This document shows, piece after piece, positions 19,649-27,822 of a stretch of DNA of 47,479 nt; the stretch's first letter is position 1, and every line of letters starts with the position of its first letter. The stretch spans positions 1 to 47,479 of IMG/VR virus record IMGVR_UViG_3300038829_000100. One strand, written 5' to 3'. The notes under the pieces were generated by a model. It ran no database searches and was not told where the DNA came from. It was given only the letters and a program-made list of their open reading frames with translations. Source of the DNA: a virus (lineage: Duplodnaviria; Caudoviricetes). The position numbers and the translations under genes were made by a program.

Positions 19649-19758
19649 TCAGAAGCCCAACGGTTGTGTACAATGCACCAAGCAGAGTAAGAAGGGTATT
19701 CAGCACAAGCTGGATAACGCTCGTCACTCTTTGTAGTAAAGAAACAAGGTTGGTTCAT
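19375..19758 (-). CDS. Possible Cys/His-containing protein overlapping the helicase 5' end
   Basis: ATG 19758 is ATGA-coupled to the PolA C-half stop and fills the 19649-19754 gap, but the ORF overlaps the helicase by 274 nt. Confidence 0.35.
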   Translation of the reverse strand: MNQPCFFTTKSDERYPACAEYPSYSAWCIVHNRWASECDATLIGSMPTSPTPDIVKAPTPSTSGPESLPLLVLCVDVSGSISVTFNGHPISMLSLSDRQGLQQSRQVLEAVLAYWRNCLTFTLDPSQ

Positions 19759-20588
19759 TGAAGTATCTCCTCTAAGTTTGATCCATCCCATTTGAGGGCT
19801 TTACATTCTCCCCAAGATCGCGTGCTAGCTGTGGCCTCCCATCCGATAGTGAGAGGGTCGACGTATGGGACAGTGATGGTGAGGATGTTTCGCAGCTCGT
19901 TAAGATATTGTGGAGTGACTCGTCCGATAGGGGACTGGAATACAAGGGAGTCGTGGACTTGCAGTAGCATACGAGTGCCGAATAATGCTGATGAAGGGTC
20001 GCCAGCAATTCCGATAGAAGGGTCTCCTGCTTTGTCGAGCAGCTTGCAGCCTCCTGTTGAGCAAACGATAGCGACGGTTGATTGAGGAATCCAGGCGAGA
20101 CCTTCGGGCAGTAAGTTATCCATCCGGTCAAAGTAAATGCGCCGATAACCAAATTTATTGGAAACTGTTCTTGTTCGTTGCAGTTGATCTTCCACTCTTC
20201 TGTGCCAGTCCTTAATTCCAGGGTGGAGCTTAAACCAATTGGCCTGGAAGCGTTCCGCATCTGCAACTGGCCAGCCAAGAGTGATTGCAACCGTTCGAGC
20301 TGAGGCCCCGTAATTTGTGCCATGGACGGCCCTCTTTAAGCTATCGTAAGGGGGGTAGATATGCCCCTTCGGGGTTTCTTTCTTGTCCTTTACCGGGTCG
20401 AACTTTCGTTGGTAAAGGTCCTCGAAGTTCTTGATGTGAACCTTAAGGCCGGCGCGGAAAGCGGCTTTAAGGTCGGCGTCTTCAGCCTCCCAGGCTACGA
20501 CTTGTGCATCTGCACCACTAAGATCGCAGTCGAACATAACGTAGCCCGGGTCGGGGCTGAAGAGCTTCCTGATATTGGGAAGCTTCAT
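19755..20588 (-). CDS. polA: DNA polymerase family A, C-terminal half (motifs A, B, C)
   Basis: IRKLFSPDPG..DLSGADAQ (motif A), KRAVHGTNYG (motif B), LLQVHDSL (motif C). Confidence 0.92.
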   Translation of the reverse strand: MKLPNIRKLFSPDPGYVMFDCDLSGADAQVVAWEAEDADLKAAFRAGLKVHIKNFEDLYQRKFDPVKDKKETPKGHIYPPYDSLKRAVHGTNYGASARTVAITLGWPVADAERFQANWFKLHPGIKDWHRRVEDQLQRTRTVSNKFGYRRIYFDRMDNLLPEGLAWIPQSTVAIVCSTGGCKLLDKAGDPSIGIAGDPSSALFGTRMLLQVHDSLVFQSPIGRVTPQYLNELRNILTITVPYVDPLTIGWEATASTRSWGECKALKWDGSNLEEILQ

Positions 20589-20956
20589 TTGCGCGCGCGC
20601 CGCTTAGAGCGTTTTACAGCTCTAGTAGTAACGGCCTCGGCCATTGCTACATCAGCTTTGGTTAGGCTGGGCAGTTCAGTCTTTGCCGTGTAAGCTAGAT
20701 CTTGAATGTCGGTGTACTGGGTGTGTGGGTCTTCGGCGACCTCGGCACGGGCGATTGCTTCGAGCATACGACCGTGGAGGTAGGTCATATCTTTAGCTAT
20801 AGGAAGCATTGAGATTTCACCAAGGTAAAGGTTGGCTAGTTGCATCGAGGGGGTCCTTTCTTTGTTGAAACAGGGTGCGCCGCAGTTGGTACAAAACCAC
20901 TTTGTGCGAAAGGGTTTAACGTAAGCGTAACCTGAACAGTGCTGGCACTTGATCAT
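20585..20956 (-). CDS. Hypothetical protein with N-terminal CxxC...CxxC zinc ribbon
   Basis: CQHC and CTNC motifs; ATGA overlaps at both ends. A second in-frame start (MQLANL) has an AAGGA RBS. Confidence 0.6.
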   Translation of the reverse strand: MIKCQHCSGYAYVKPFRTKWFCTNCGAPCFNKERTPSMQLANLYLGEISMLPIAKDMTYLHGRMLEAIARAEVAEDPHTQYTDIQDLAYTAKTELPSLTKADVAMAEAVTTRAVKRSKRRARK

Positions 20957-21348
20957 TGCTTGTCACACCAAGTAGGTTTCTTTGCCGGAGGAATGAAAGG
21001 CTTGCCGAGACCAACTTCGATCAGCAGCTGAGATAGGTTAGTACCTAATACGTAGATCTGCACCAGCTTGCGCTTGTAGATATCTTCAGCTCCGGTAGGA
21101 GAAAAGGTAACGCTAGAATGCGTAAGTAAGCGACGCACAAACTTAGTAGCTTCACCGCCAAGGATCAACTCGTCAAGACAATCGGGGCGGTAGGTCTCGG
21201 GGGTATCGATGCCGACAAGCCGGTACTTGACACCTTTAACGGCGAAGGTATCGCCGTCGATTACGCGGTAGGGCTGAGGCATTTCAGCCTGTGCACGTTC
21301 GCAAGCAACGAGGAAAAGCGCAAGCGTTACAGCGACCAGTTTGATCAT
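20953..21348 (-). CDS. Thermonuclease (SNase-like) with signal peptide / lipobox
   Basis: VIDGDT, RLVGIDTPE and DIYKRKL motifs; N-terminus MIKLVAVTLALFLVAC. Confidence 0.85.
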   Translation of the reverse strand: MIKLVAVTLALFLVACERAQAEMPQPYRVIDGDTFAVKGVKYRLVGIDTPETYRPDCLDELILGGEATKFVRRLLTHSSVTFSPTGAEDIYKRKLVQIYVLGTNLSQLLIEVGLGKPFIPPAKKPTWCDKQ

Positions 21349-21440
21349 AGTAGCCATCCTATAGTTAGAACAATGACAATCGGGATGCAGACAGAAAGAG
21401 CTGTACCGACGAGTAAAGCTATGCAAGTGGTATAGTTCAT
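21345..21440 (-). CDS. 31-aa single-TM peptide (not in ORF track)
   Basis: MNYTTCIALLVGTALSVCIPIVIVLTIGWLL; ATGA overlaps at both ends. Confidence 0.6.
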   Translation of the reverse strand: MNYTTCIALLVGTALSVCIPIVIVLTIGWLL

Positions 21441-21643
21441 TCGGTTAGTCCGGTTTTTTCAGCCAGCCACATAGGCAAAGTGACCCTTACACCTTTGGTA
21501 ATGGAGCGGCTGGGCTCGAATTCTATTTGTGACTTAGGCAGCCATATAGCTGGCTGGTCCTTACCATAAGTGACCTTTATAGCTAAAGCAGTTTCACCGA
21601 TCATGTAAAGGTCAGGGTCAACTAAGTCGGATTTGTAGCTCAT
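21437..21643 (-). CDS. Small hypothetical phage protein
   Basis: ETALAI...IWLPKSQIE...VTLPMWLAEK motif; ATGA-coupled start at 21643. Confidence 0.7.
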   Translation of the reverse strand: MSYKSDLVDPDLYMIGETALAIKVTYGKDQPAIWLPKSQIEFEPSRSITKGVRVTLPMWLAEKTGLTE

Positions 21644-21774
21644 TGGCATGGACCATACTTTACGTTAGCAACTGGCTGTGCTAAACCACTATCGAAAAAG
21701 AACAACAGCAACAGCACAGCAACGGCAAACAAAGCACCGAAGATTATAAATTCAAGGTTAGGACGATCGTTCAT
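21640..21774 (-). CDS. 44-aa single-TM peptide (not in ORF track)
   Basis: MNDRPNLEFIIFGALFAVAVLLLLFFFDSGLAQPVANVKYGPCQ; GGAG RBS; ATGA overlap with the next gene. Confidence 0.65.
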   Translation of the reverse strand: MNDRPNLEFIIFGALFAVAVLLLLFFFDSGLAQPVANVKYGPCQ

Positions 21775-21782
21775 TAAGGCTC

Positions 21783-23486
21783 CTATTCGCAAGACTTCAA
21801 ACCGGTAACGGCGTCGATGGTGCAGGTAGAAGCTTCTTCCTTACCTATTATAAGTGCACCGCGCAGGCCGCCGATGCGGTAAGTGGTGCAGCCCTTACAG
21901 TGGTTTTTCCACGCCGCTATGTAGAGGTTCTTAAAATCTTCCCACTTGTAGTCAGCGGGAACGTTGCACGTTTTGCTAACGCTGGAGTCGCAGTGACGTT
22001 GGGCACAGATTAAAACCTCTAAGTGGTCTCGTGCCGTGCAGTCGCTAGTGCGCTTGCCTTTCACGTTAAGGTACTTGTAGCCGTAGTCTTCAATAGTGAA
22101 GGTCTTAGGACCGTCAACGGTTAGAACTGTTCGCTCCTGAATGTAGTCGAACACCGGCTCGATGCCAGAGCTAACGTTGTCAGCGGCAAGGCTGATAGTT
22201 CCGGTAGGGGCGTAGCTGATTAGGTGGGAGTTTCTAATACCATGCTTAGCAATAAGCTCTATTGTAGCGTCATCTAGCCGATCGATAAACTTACCTTTCA
22301 AGTAAGGGTCGGCTTTGTAAGCAGGAAAAGAACCTTTTAGTTCAGCCAGCTTAACGCTCGCTATATAGCAGTTATTGGTAAGCTTCTTTAAAATGGTGTC
22401 CATTGTAGAAATGAAACCACTGCTGGCGTAAGGGAAGCCTAAAGCTTCAATGGTGTTCGCCAAGCCGGTAATGCCTAAGCCCATTCTACGCTTAGCCTGC
22501 GCTTCAGCTTCCTGCTCCTGCAACGGATACTTACCTATGTCGGTCACGTTATCCATAGCGGCAACGACGAAGGGAATATCAAGGAAAAGCTTCGAATAGT
22601 CGAAGCTCCAGTTACCCGGACTACCCGTAAGGTAGCGCGTTAGATTGAAGCTGCCTAGAAGGCAAGCACCATAAGGTGGAAGGGGCTGCTCGCCGCACGG
22701 ATTAGTGGCAGCGATCTTCTCGCAATACCAGAGGTTGTTCATGTCGTTAATACGGTCGATGAAAAGGACGCCGGGCTCAGCCCAATCGTAGGTGCTGCGC
22801 ATTAGCATGTTCCAAAGGTCGCGAGCGCGCACGACATTAAAGACGGTGTCGTTCCAGCGCAACGCAAACTCGAAGTCGTTAATTACGCATTCCATAAACT
22901 CGTCGGTGATGGCGACGCTGATGTTGAAGCCGGTAAGCTTGTTGTTGTTTTGCTTACAGCGGATGAATTCTTCAATGGCAGGATGGTCGATACGAAGCAC
23001 GCCCATCTGCGCACCCCGGCGATGGCCGCTGGAAGAAGTAGCGCGACAAATGGCGTCGAAGATATCCATGAAGCTGACGGGGCCAGTAGAGTTAGAGTGA
23101 AGCTTCTTGATGAGCGCTCCGCGCGGCCGCAAGGTGGAGAAGTCATAGCCTATGCCACCACCCATGCGCATGGTGGCTGCGGCTTCCTTGGCGCGGTTCA
23201 TGATGGAGCCTGAACCATCAACGAAACTATCCGCGATGGTGCCACTAACATAGCAGTTGTGGGGAGTGGTAGCTCGAGTGGAACCTACAGCGGATTGTAT
23301 CCTACCGCCCGGTAAGAAGCGCTGGTCGAGCAGAATGTCGCGAAAGGTGTGGAATTGCTCGTCGTTGTCGGTGAGCTTATTGGCAACGCGGGTGCAAGCT
23401 TCGCGAAAGCTTTCGCCCGGCGAGCGATACTTATCGGCATGAAGCCACTCGCTGAAAGGAGACATAGGGCCATAGAAAGTGGTCAT
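21783..23486 (-). CDS. nrdJ: Ribonucleotide reductase, class II (adenosylcobalamin-dependent)
   Basis: FLPGGRI, NCYV, GGGIGYDFS, RRGAQM, TNPCGEQPL, APTGTIS and KGCTTYR motifs plus a C-terminal Cys pair. No nrdB small subunit was recognised. Start 23486 follows GAGGAGG. Confidence 0.88.
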   Translation of the reverse strand: MTTFYGPMSPFSEWLHADKYRSPGESFREACTRVANKLTDNDEQFHTFRDILLDQRFLPGGRIQSAVGSTRATTPHNCYVSGTIADSFVDGSGSIMNRAKEAAATMRMGGGIGYDFSTLRPRGALIKKLHSNSTGPVSFMDIFDAICRATSSSGHRRGAQMGVLRIDHPAIEEFIRCKQNNNKLTGFNISVAITDEFMECVINDFEFALRWNDTVFNVVRARDLWNMLMRSTYDWAEPGVLFIDRINDMNNLWYCEKIAATNPCGEQPLPPYGACLLGSFNLTRYLTGSPGNWSFDYSKLFLDIPFVVAAMDNVTDIGKYPLQEQEAEAQAKRRMGLGITGLANTIEALGFPYASSGFISTMDTILKKLTNNCYIASVKLAELKGSFPAYKADPYLKGKFIDRLDDATIELIAKHGIRNSHLISYAPTGTISLAADNVSSGIEPVFDYIQERTVLTVDGPKTFTIEDYGYKYLNVKGKRTSDCTARDHLEVLICAQRHCDSSVSKTCNVPADYKWEDFKNLYIAAWKNHCKGCTTYRIGGLRGALIIGKEEASTCTIDAVTGLKSCE

Positions 23487-23487
23487 C

Positions 23488-25209
23488 TTAGTTGTCCTCC
23501 TCACCTTTAGGTATGTTCTGTAAGTTGGTGCCTTCGCCGAAGGCGTTAGAGCCGGAGTTCCACCGGAAAGTTTCAGTTCCAGCTACGTTGTAACTGCAGC
23601 GGATCTTGTTGTCAGGTCCGAGCTTTACATCAAGGAAGTGGGACTGGAATACGTTGATGCTGCGTAGTTGGTCGAGGCGATCGAACATAGGACGCAGCGC
23701 GGGGTTCTTCTTAGCGAGCGTTTCTAAAGCTGAAGCATCAGTAGTGGGGCGCTTGGTGACTTTATGCAAGACTTCTTTAAGGCCAATTTGTCGATAGAAG
23801 ATGTCAGCTGTTAAAATAGGGGAGGTGAACCAGGGACGGCCCGTTGCCGCGTAGCGGGTGTCGAGAGGTACGCAATTAATTAGCCAGTCTTCTAATTGTT
23901 TAGCCGCCGCTGAAAGTTCGGCGCGAACGCGGGCTTTATCACGAATGTTAATCGCGACCCCATTGTTGGTCATAGATATAGAAAGTTTCCACTGCTTAAG
24001 CTGGAACTTATAAAGGTCGCTGAGATTAGCTTTCGCTAGTAGCTGTTCTAGTTCTTGTGCAATGTTGTAGGTAGCTCGAACATCTTTGCAGTTGTAGCGC
24101 CAGAGGGAGACATGGTCTCCGCCAGCCCAGTCTTCGCTTTCCTCTTTCCAGTACACGTAACTATTGCAATACAGCGAAGCGAGGTAGTCCAAAGATTTTG
24201 GCGTACCCGGAAACAAGAGGTGATGTGCGAGCATGGTGTCAAACCCAACAACAGCTTTAATTCCGAACTCTCTAAGCAGCCATTGATAGTCGTACAGGTA
24301 GTTCTGGCCGACCACGCATACGTTGGGAGAAGAAAGAAGCTTGCGAATAGCAATGACAATAGCGACTTCTTCATCAAGGTTAAACTCATTGATGACCTTC
24401 CCTTCTTTGCCAAAGTAGAAGAATGGAACGCAAAGCTCGCTGATCTCGTCGGCAAAGCCTATACAAGTGATATGTTGGCGAGCATAGGTTTCTATGTCGA
24501 CGGCGAGCTTTAGTGGGACTTTATCTGCGACGCGTTGCCACCTGTTAAGTTGGTCGAGTACGGCCCCGGCTCCAGTTCCGTAAGTAGAGTTAAGGGGTGG
24601 TTCTGTCCAGCTAAGTTTTCCAGTAAGAAAACGCGCTGCTCTAGCTTTGAGATCGTGAACAGTAACCTGACGTAAAGACCAATCACGCAGAATAGCAGCA
24701 GGATGGATGATAGGTAGATAAGGATACTGTTGAGCATTGATAACCTCTGTATAGAGTTGAGAGCCGCGCCAAGTCATAACACCAGCTGGTAACTTGCAGC
24801 CGGCTTTAGAGGAAAGCTTGGCGTGCTGGGTTAAAGCCCAAAGCGGGACATTACCACAGCCAATGATAAGTTGAGGTTTAACAACAGAGATTAGAGCTTT
24901 TAGCTTAGCTAAGCCTAAGCTTAGAGCTGGTTTGGCACAGAGACCTTTAAGTACAGGTACGCCTTTGGCTTGCTTAGTAGGGTGAACGAAGGCAGAGAAC
25001 TCGTTAGCTGGTGGTTGGGCATCTACTACGTTAGCGAAGAGGACGTCGCTGGTAAGAATGCCCGCCTGCATCAGCATCTTACGCAGTTCGAAACCTGATG
25101 GCCCGACGAAAGGCAGTCTGGCTGATGCTTCCTCACGTCCCCAAGCTTCACCCACTACGAGGATCTTTGCGTCGCGCGGGCCGGAAGTGAAGGCGAATGG
25201 ATCACTCAC
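23488..25209 (-). CDS. polA: DNA polymerase family A, N-terminal half: UDG-like domain + 3'-5' exonuclease + thumb
   Basis: VGEAWGREE..PFVGPSG and HPAAILR (UDG family 4-like); DIET, GQNYLYD and YNCKD (Exo I-III); ends GTETFRWNS...NLQNIPK. Confidence 0.9.
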   Translation of the reverse strand: MSDPFAFTSGPRDAKILVVGEAWGREEASARLPFVGPSGFELRKMLMQAGILTSDVLFANVVDAQPPANEFSAFVHPTKQAKGVPVLKGLCAKPALSLGLAKLKALISVVKPQLIIGCGNVPLWALTQHAKLSSKAGCKLPAGVMTWRGSQLYTEVINAQQYPYLPIIHPAAILRDWSLRQVTVHDLKARAARFLTGKLSWTEPPLNSTYGTGAGAVLDQLNRWQRVADKVPLKLAVDIETYARQHITCIGFADEISELCVPFFYFGKEGKVINEFNLDEEVAIVIAIRKLLSSPNVCVVGQNYLYDYQWLLREFGIKAVVGFDTMLAHHLLFPGTPKSLDYLASLYCNSYVYWKEESEDWAGGDHVSLWRYNCKDVRATYNIAQELEQLLAKANLSDLYKFQLKQWKLSISMTNNGVAINIRDKARVRAELSAAAKQLEDWLINCVPLDTRYAATGRPWFTSPILTADIFYRQIGLKEVLHKVTKRPTTDASALETLAKKNPALRPMFDRLDQLRSINVFQSHFLDVKLGPDNKIRCSYNVAGTETFRWNSGSNAFGEGTNLQNIPKGEEDN

Positions 25210-26503
25210 TTGGGGCTTCCTCTTTTAAGATCGTTCGGTTCTTCGCTTCTTCGAAGTAGGTTTCGCTAAGTTCGATGAGGGTTGCGTTAACCTTATGTAT
25301 GTCAGCAGCTGAGATAAGAGAACCGGACCCGGCGCAAGGGTCAAGTACAGCATCGCCCGGTAGAGTTGAGAGCTTAAGCAGATGAAGGAGTAGGTCTCGG
25401 GGCTTCTCAGCAGCATGAACTCGACCAGCGCGGCTTGGTCTCTTGAAGTTAAGAACATCGGGGCCTCCTGGCAACAGTAGTTCGGCTTGACCTTTTACGG
25501 CAAACAGTATGGTCTCGTAAGTGCGGACGAAACCGCTGCGGCCCCAAGGCGCATGACCGTCAGTGCCTTTCTGCCAAATTAATGGGGCGCGCCAAACAGA
25601 CCAGAGTTGTTGTTTGGCATAGTTGCGAATGGTAATAAAGTGCTCGAAGTCGCAAAACATAAAGAGGAAGGCTTTAGGTTTGGTGACGCGAAATCCTTCC
25701 TGCACAACGTGCTTCATCACGTCGAGTGCGTAAGCGGCATCGTCACGATAGAGGTGAAGGTCGTCCTTCTTCATCTTGTCAGCGTCGATGCCGTAAGGTG
25801 GATCGCAAATGATGGCTGAAAACTTTCCAGTTGGTAGCTTTGCCATATGCTCTAAGCAATCCCCGTTGATGAGGGTGTGCTTAGTGTTGAAAGCTTTTGC
25901 GCGTTCGGCTAACTTATTGGAATATTTCTTAGTAAGGTCGTCGAGTACAGCTGTGACTGCCTCGCGCTCATTACGGGCGGCGAGGACTTTAGGATTGTCT
26001 TTATTAGCGTCAAGCAGGATGGCGTTAGCTACTTTCTGTCGCTCGTGCATGACAGAAGTACCCGCAATCTTAGCGGTTTCTTTAGCGGTTTCAATAACGG
26101 TTTGAGTTGGGTTGGTACGTTTGCGCAACTTGTGGATGAAGGCTCTGGCCTCGGTTTCTTCCTGCCATGTAAGAGCCGAACGAATAAGATTTTCATCCAA
26201 CTCGGCTTCAGCATTTCCCGCGGGATCGAAGTCCTCGATCCAGGTAATAGGAATTGCACCTTCTGGGACCGGCTCTGCCCCAAACTTAAAGCTGATACCT
26301 TCCTCATGCAGCTCTTGCATTGCACGACAACGGCGACCGCCGGCAACGAGAACGACAGCCGACGGCGCAGCACGGCGGACAACCGGTGGGTGCATGAGCC
26401 CCCTTGCCACGATGGACTCCTTGAGCAAACGAAGCTCTTGCGGCGAGTAGTCTCTACGCTGACGTTCACGGATTTCGATCTCAGCTAGCTTGAGGAAAGT
26501 CAT
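25202..26503 (-). CDS. ParB N-terminal domain fused to beta-class amino (N6A/N4C) DNA methyltransferase
   Basis: ERQRR...LKESI..RGLMHPPVV...LVAGGRR (ParB/Srx); GDCL...DPPY precedes HAAEKP...LDPCAGSGS. Confidence 0.88.
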   Translation of the reverse strand: MTFLKLAEIEIRERQRRDYSPQELRLLKESIVARGLMHPPVVRRAAPSAVVLVAGGRRCRAMQELHEEGISFKFGAEPVPEGAIPITWIEDFDPAGNAEAELDENLIRSALTWQEETEARAFIHKLRKRTNPTQTVIETAKETAKIAGTSVMHERQKVANAILLDANKDNPKVLAARNEREAVTAVLDDLTKKYSNKLAERAKAFNTKHTLINGDCLEHMAKLPTGKFSAIICDPPYGIDADKMKKDDLHLYRDDAAYALDVMKHVVQEGFRVTKPKAFLFMFCDFEHFITIRNYAKQQLWSVWRAPLIWQKGTDGHAPWGRSGFVRTYETILFAVKGQAELLLPGGPDVLNFKRPSRAGRVHAAEKPRDLLLHLLKLSTLPGDAVLDPCAGSGSLISAADIHKVNATLIELSETYFEEAKNRTILKEEAPSE

Positions 26504-26766
26504 GGCTTAGTTTTCCCGAGCGTGATGGTGGTAGAGGGAAGCTCTTTAGGGAGCTTCTTGACTTTGCTCTCGCTCTCGACGGTTTTAGGCTTGGCTGGCT
26601 TGGTGGTATCGGCAGCGCGGCTGAGGGTAAATTGCGCGCACCAGTCGTCTTCCTCTTTTCGAAAAACCCCGGGGTACAAGTGACAAAAGCCCGATGAGAA
26701 CGAGCTAGCTTCGAAAGCTATGCAGTTCTTACAGATGGTGTTGGGCGTGCGTGCGGTGATTGACAT
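26500..26766 (-). CDS. Small Cys-motif (CxxC..GxC..WC) metal-binding protein
   Basis: CKNC, GFC and DDWCAQF motifs; basic tail; coupled to its neighbours. Confidence 0.6.
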   Translation of the reverse strand: MSITARTPNTICKNCIAFEASSFSSGFCHLYPGVFRKEEDDWCAQFTLSRAADTTKPAKPKTVESESKVKKLPKELPSTTITLGKTKP

Positions 26767-27191
26767 TAGGAACCTCTTACTGGTAGGCTGGTTAATTCTA
26801 ATTCAGCAACTCTCTTACGATAGGTTGTCGCGGCAGCGAGCGCTTCGTGACCTTGCCGCTCAACGCTATCAGCTAGAGCCTGAAGCTGAGCGAGGGTTAG
26901 TGAAAGGTAGCGTGCGCTGTGTTCAGGCATTAAAGACACCCTTAAGTTTTTGTCGTTCCAGTTCCAAATTTTGTAAGCGTATGCTACCACGAGTACGTCA
27001 CAGATGATTGTGTCACCTACACGCATGTCCTCCCACTTTCCAATTGAACTAAACGCTTTTGGTCCTATTGTTATTACTTTAGGCTCGTCTGGACTTCCGT
27101 CCTTAATGGTTGCCTCACCCCAATTACGGTACAACTTAGTTATTATGGCTGTTGCTTTGAAGCCGGTTACATTAGTTGTTGTCCACAGCAT
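26766..27191 (-). CDS. Hypothetical protein
   Basis: 141-aa ORF with GGAG RBS, in operon orientation. Confidence 0.6.
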   Translation of the reverse strand: MLWTTTNVTGFKATAIITKLYRNWGEATIKDGSPDEPKVITIGPKAFSSIGKWEDMRVGDTIICDVLVVAYAYKIWNWNDKNLRVSLMPEHSARYLSLTLAQLQALADSVERQGHEALAAATTYRKRVAELELTSLPVRGS

Positions 27192-27316
27192 TGAAGCTCC
27201 GTAAGGTAGAGGGCGGCCCGCCGGGACGGATTGCTGAAAGGGAAAGAAAGATCGTAAGCTGTAGTCCGGACAGCCCTCTTCCTCTCGCCGCTTAGGTTAG
27301 CGAAGCTCGGCTTCAC

Positions 27317-27784
27317 TCAGCTTGCGCGACCGACCTTCTTCACTTCAGTATAGATGCGAGAAGGATCGTCCTTGTCGTGGCGGTGCGACACGACGATGAG
27401 AGCAGGACCCGCACCGATCAGGTTCTTGGGCGACCAAGCTTGGCCGGCGACGTTCTGCTTTACGGCTTCGCGCACTTGGTTAAGGCTGACGTTCTTGCCC
27501 TTACCCATGTCGAGAGCACCGTTGTTAAGGTCGAGCCAGATCGACTGCCTGACGGTCAGGGTATCGCGGCCGACTTCTTCGACGATCTTGGGGTCGACAT
27601 TCACCAGCTCCCAAGTAATGTCGGTGACGTAACGAGCGGCGCCGGTTTTGCTAGTGAACTCGTGCGGTTTAGAGAGGTCCTTAATAATAGCGGTGTATTC
27701 GCCAGCGGGGATAGGGTTGATAGAGGTGGAGCCGGCGTCGGAGGTGGTGTTGTCCATAAAGGTGTCGAGATCGAATGCTGACAT
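27317..27784 (-). CDS. Putative single-stranded DNA-binding protein (DUF669-like)
   Basis: PIPAGEYTAII...VRQSIWLD...YTEVKKV; adjacent to the Sak4-like ATPase; AGGA RBS. Confidence 0.65.
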   Translation of the reverse strand: MSAFDLDTFMDNTTSDAGSTSINPIPAGEYTAIIKDLSKPHEFTSKTGAARYVTDITWELVNVDPKIVEEVGRDTLTVRQSIWLDLNNGALDMGKGKNVSLNQVREAVKQNVAGQAWSPKNLIGAGPALIVVSHRHDKDDPSRIYTEVKKVGRAS

Positions 27785-27822
27785 GAGAGTGGTTCCTGTT
27801 GATTGAGGTTAAGGTGAAATGG

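Noticed and set aside
18595-20323. Alternative-frame ORFs 18595..19266 and 19772..20323
   Set aside because: They are nested within the helicase and PolA genes, with no motifs or evident translation signals.
20589-23487. Group I intron or split intein interrupting polA
   Set aside because: The interval is fully occupied by coupled ORFs. There are no intein N-terminal Cys/Ser or C-terminal His-Asn signatures at the break, and no homing endonuclease was recognised.
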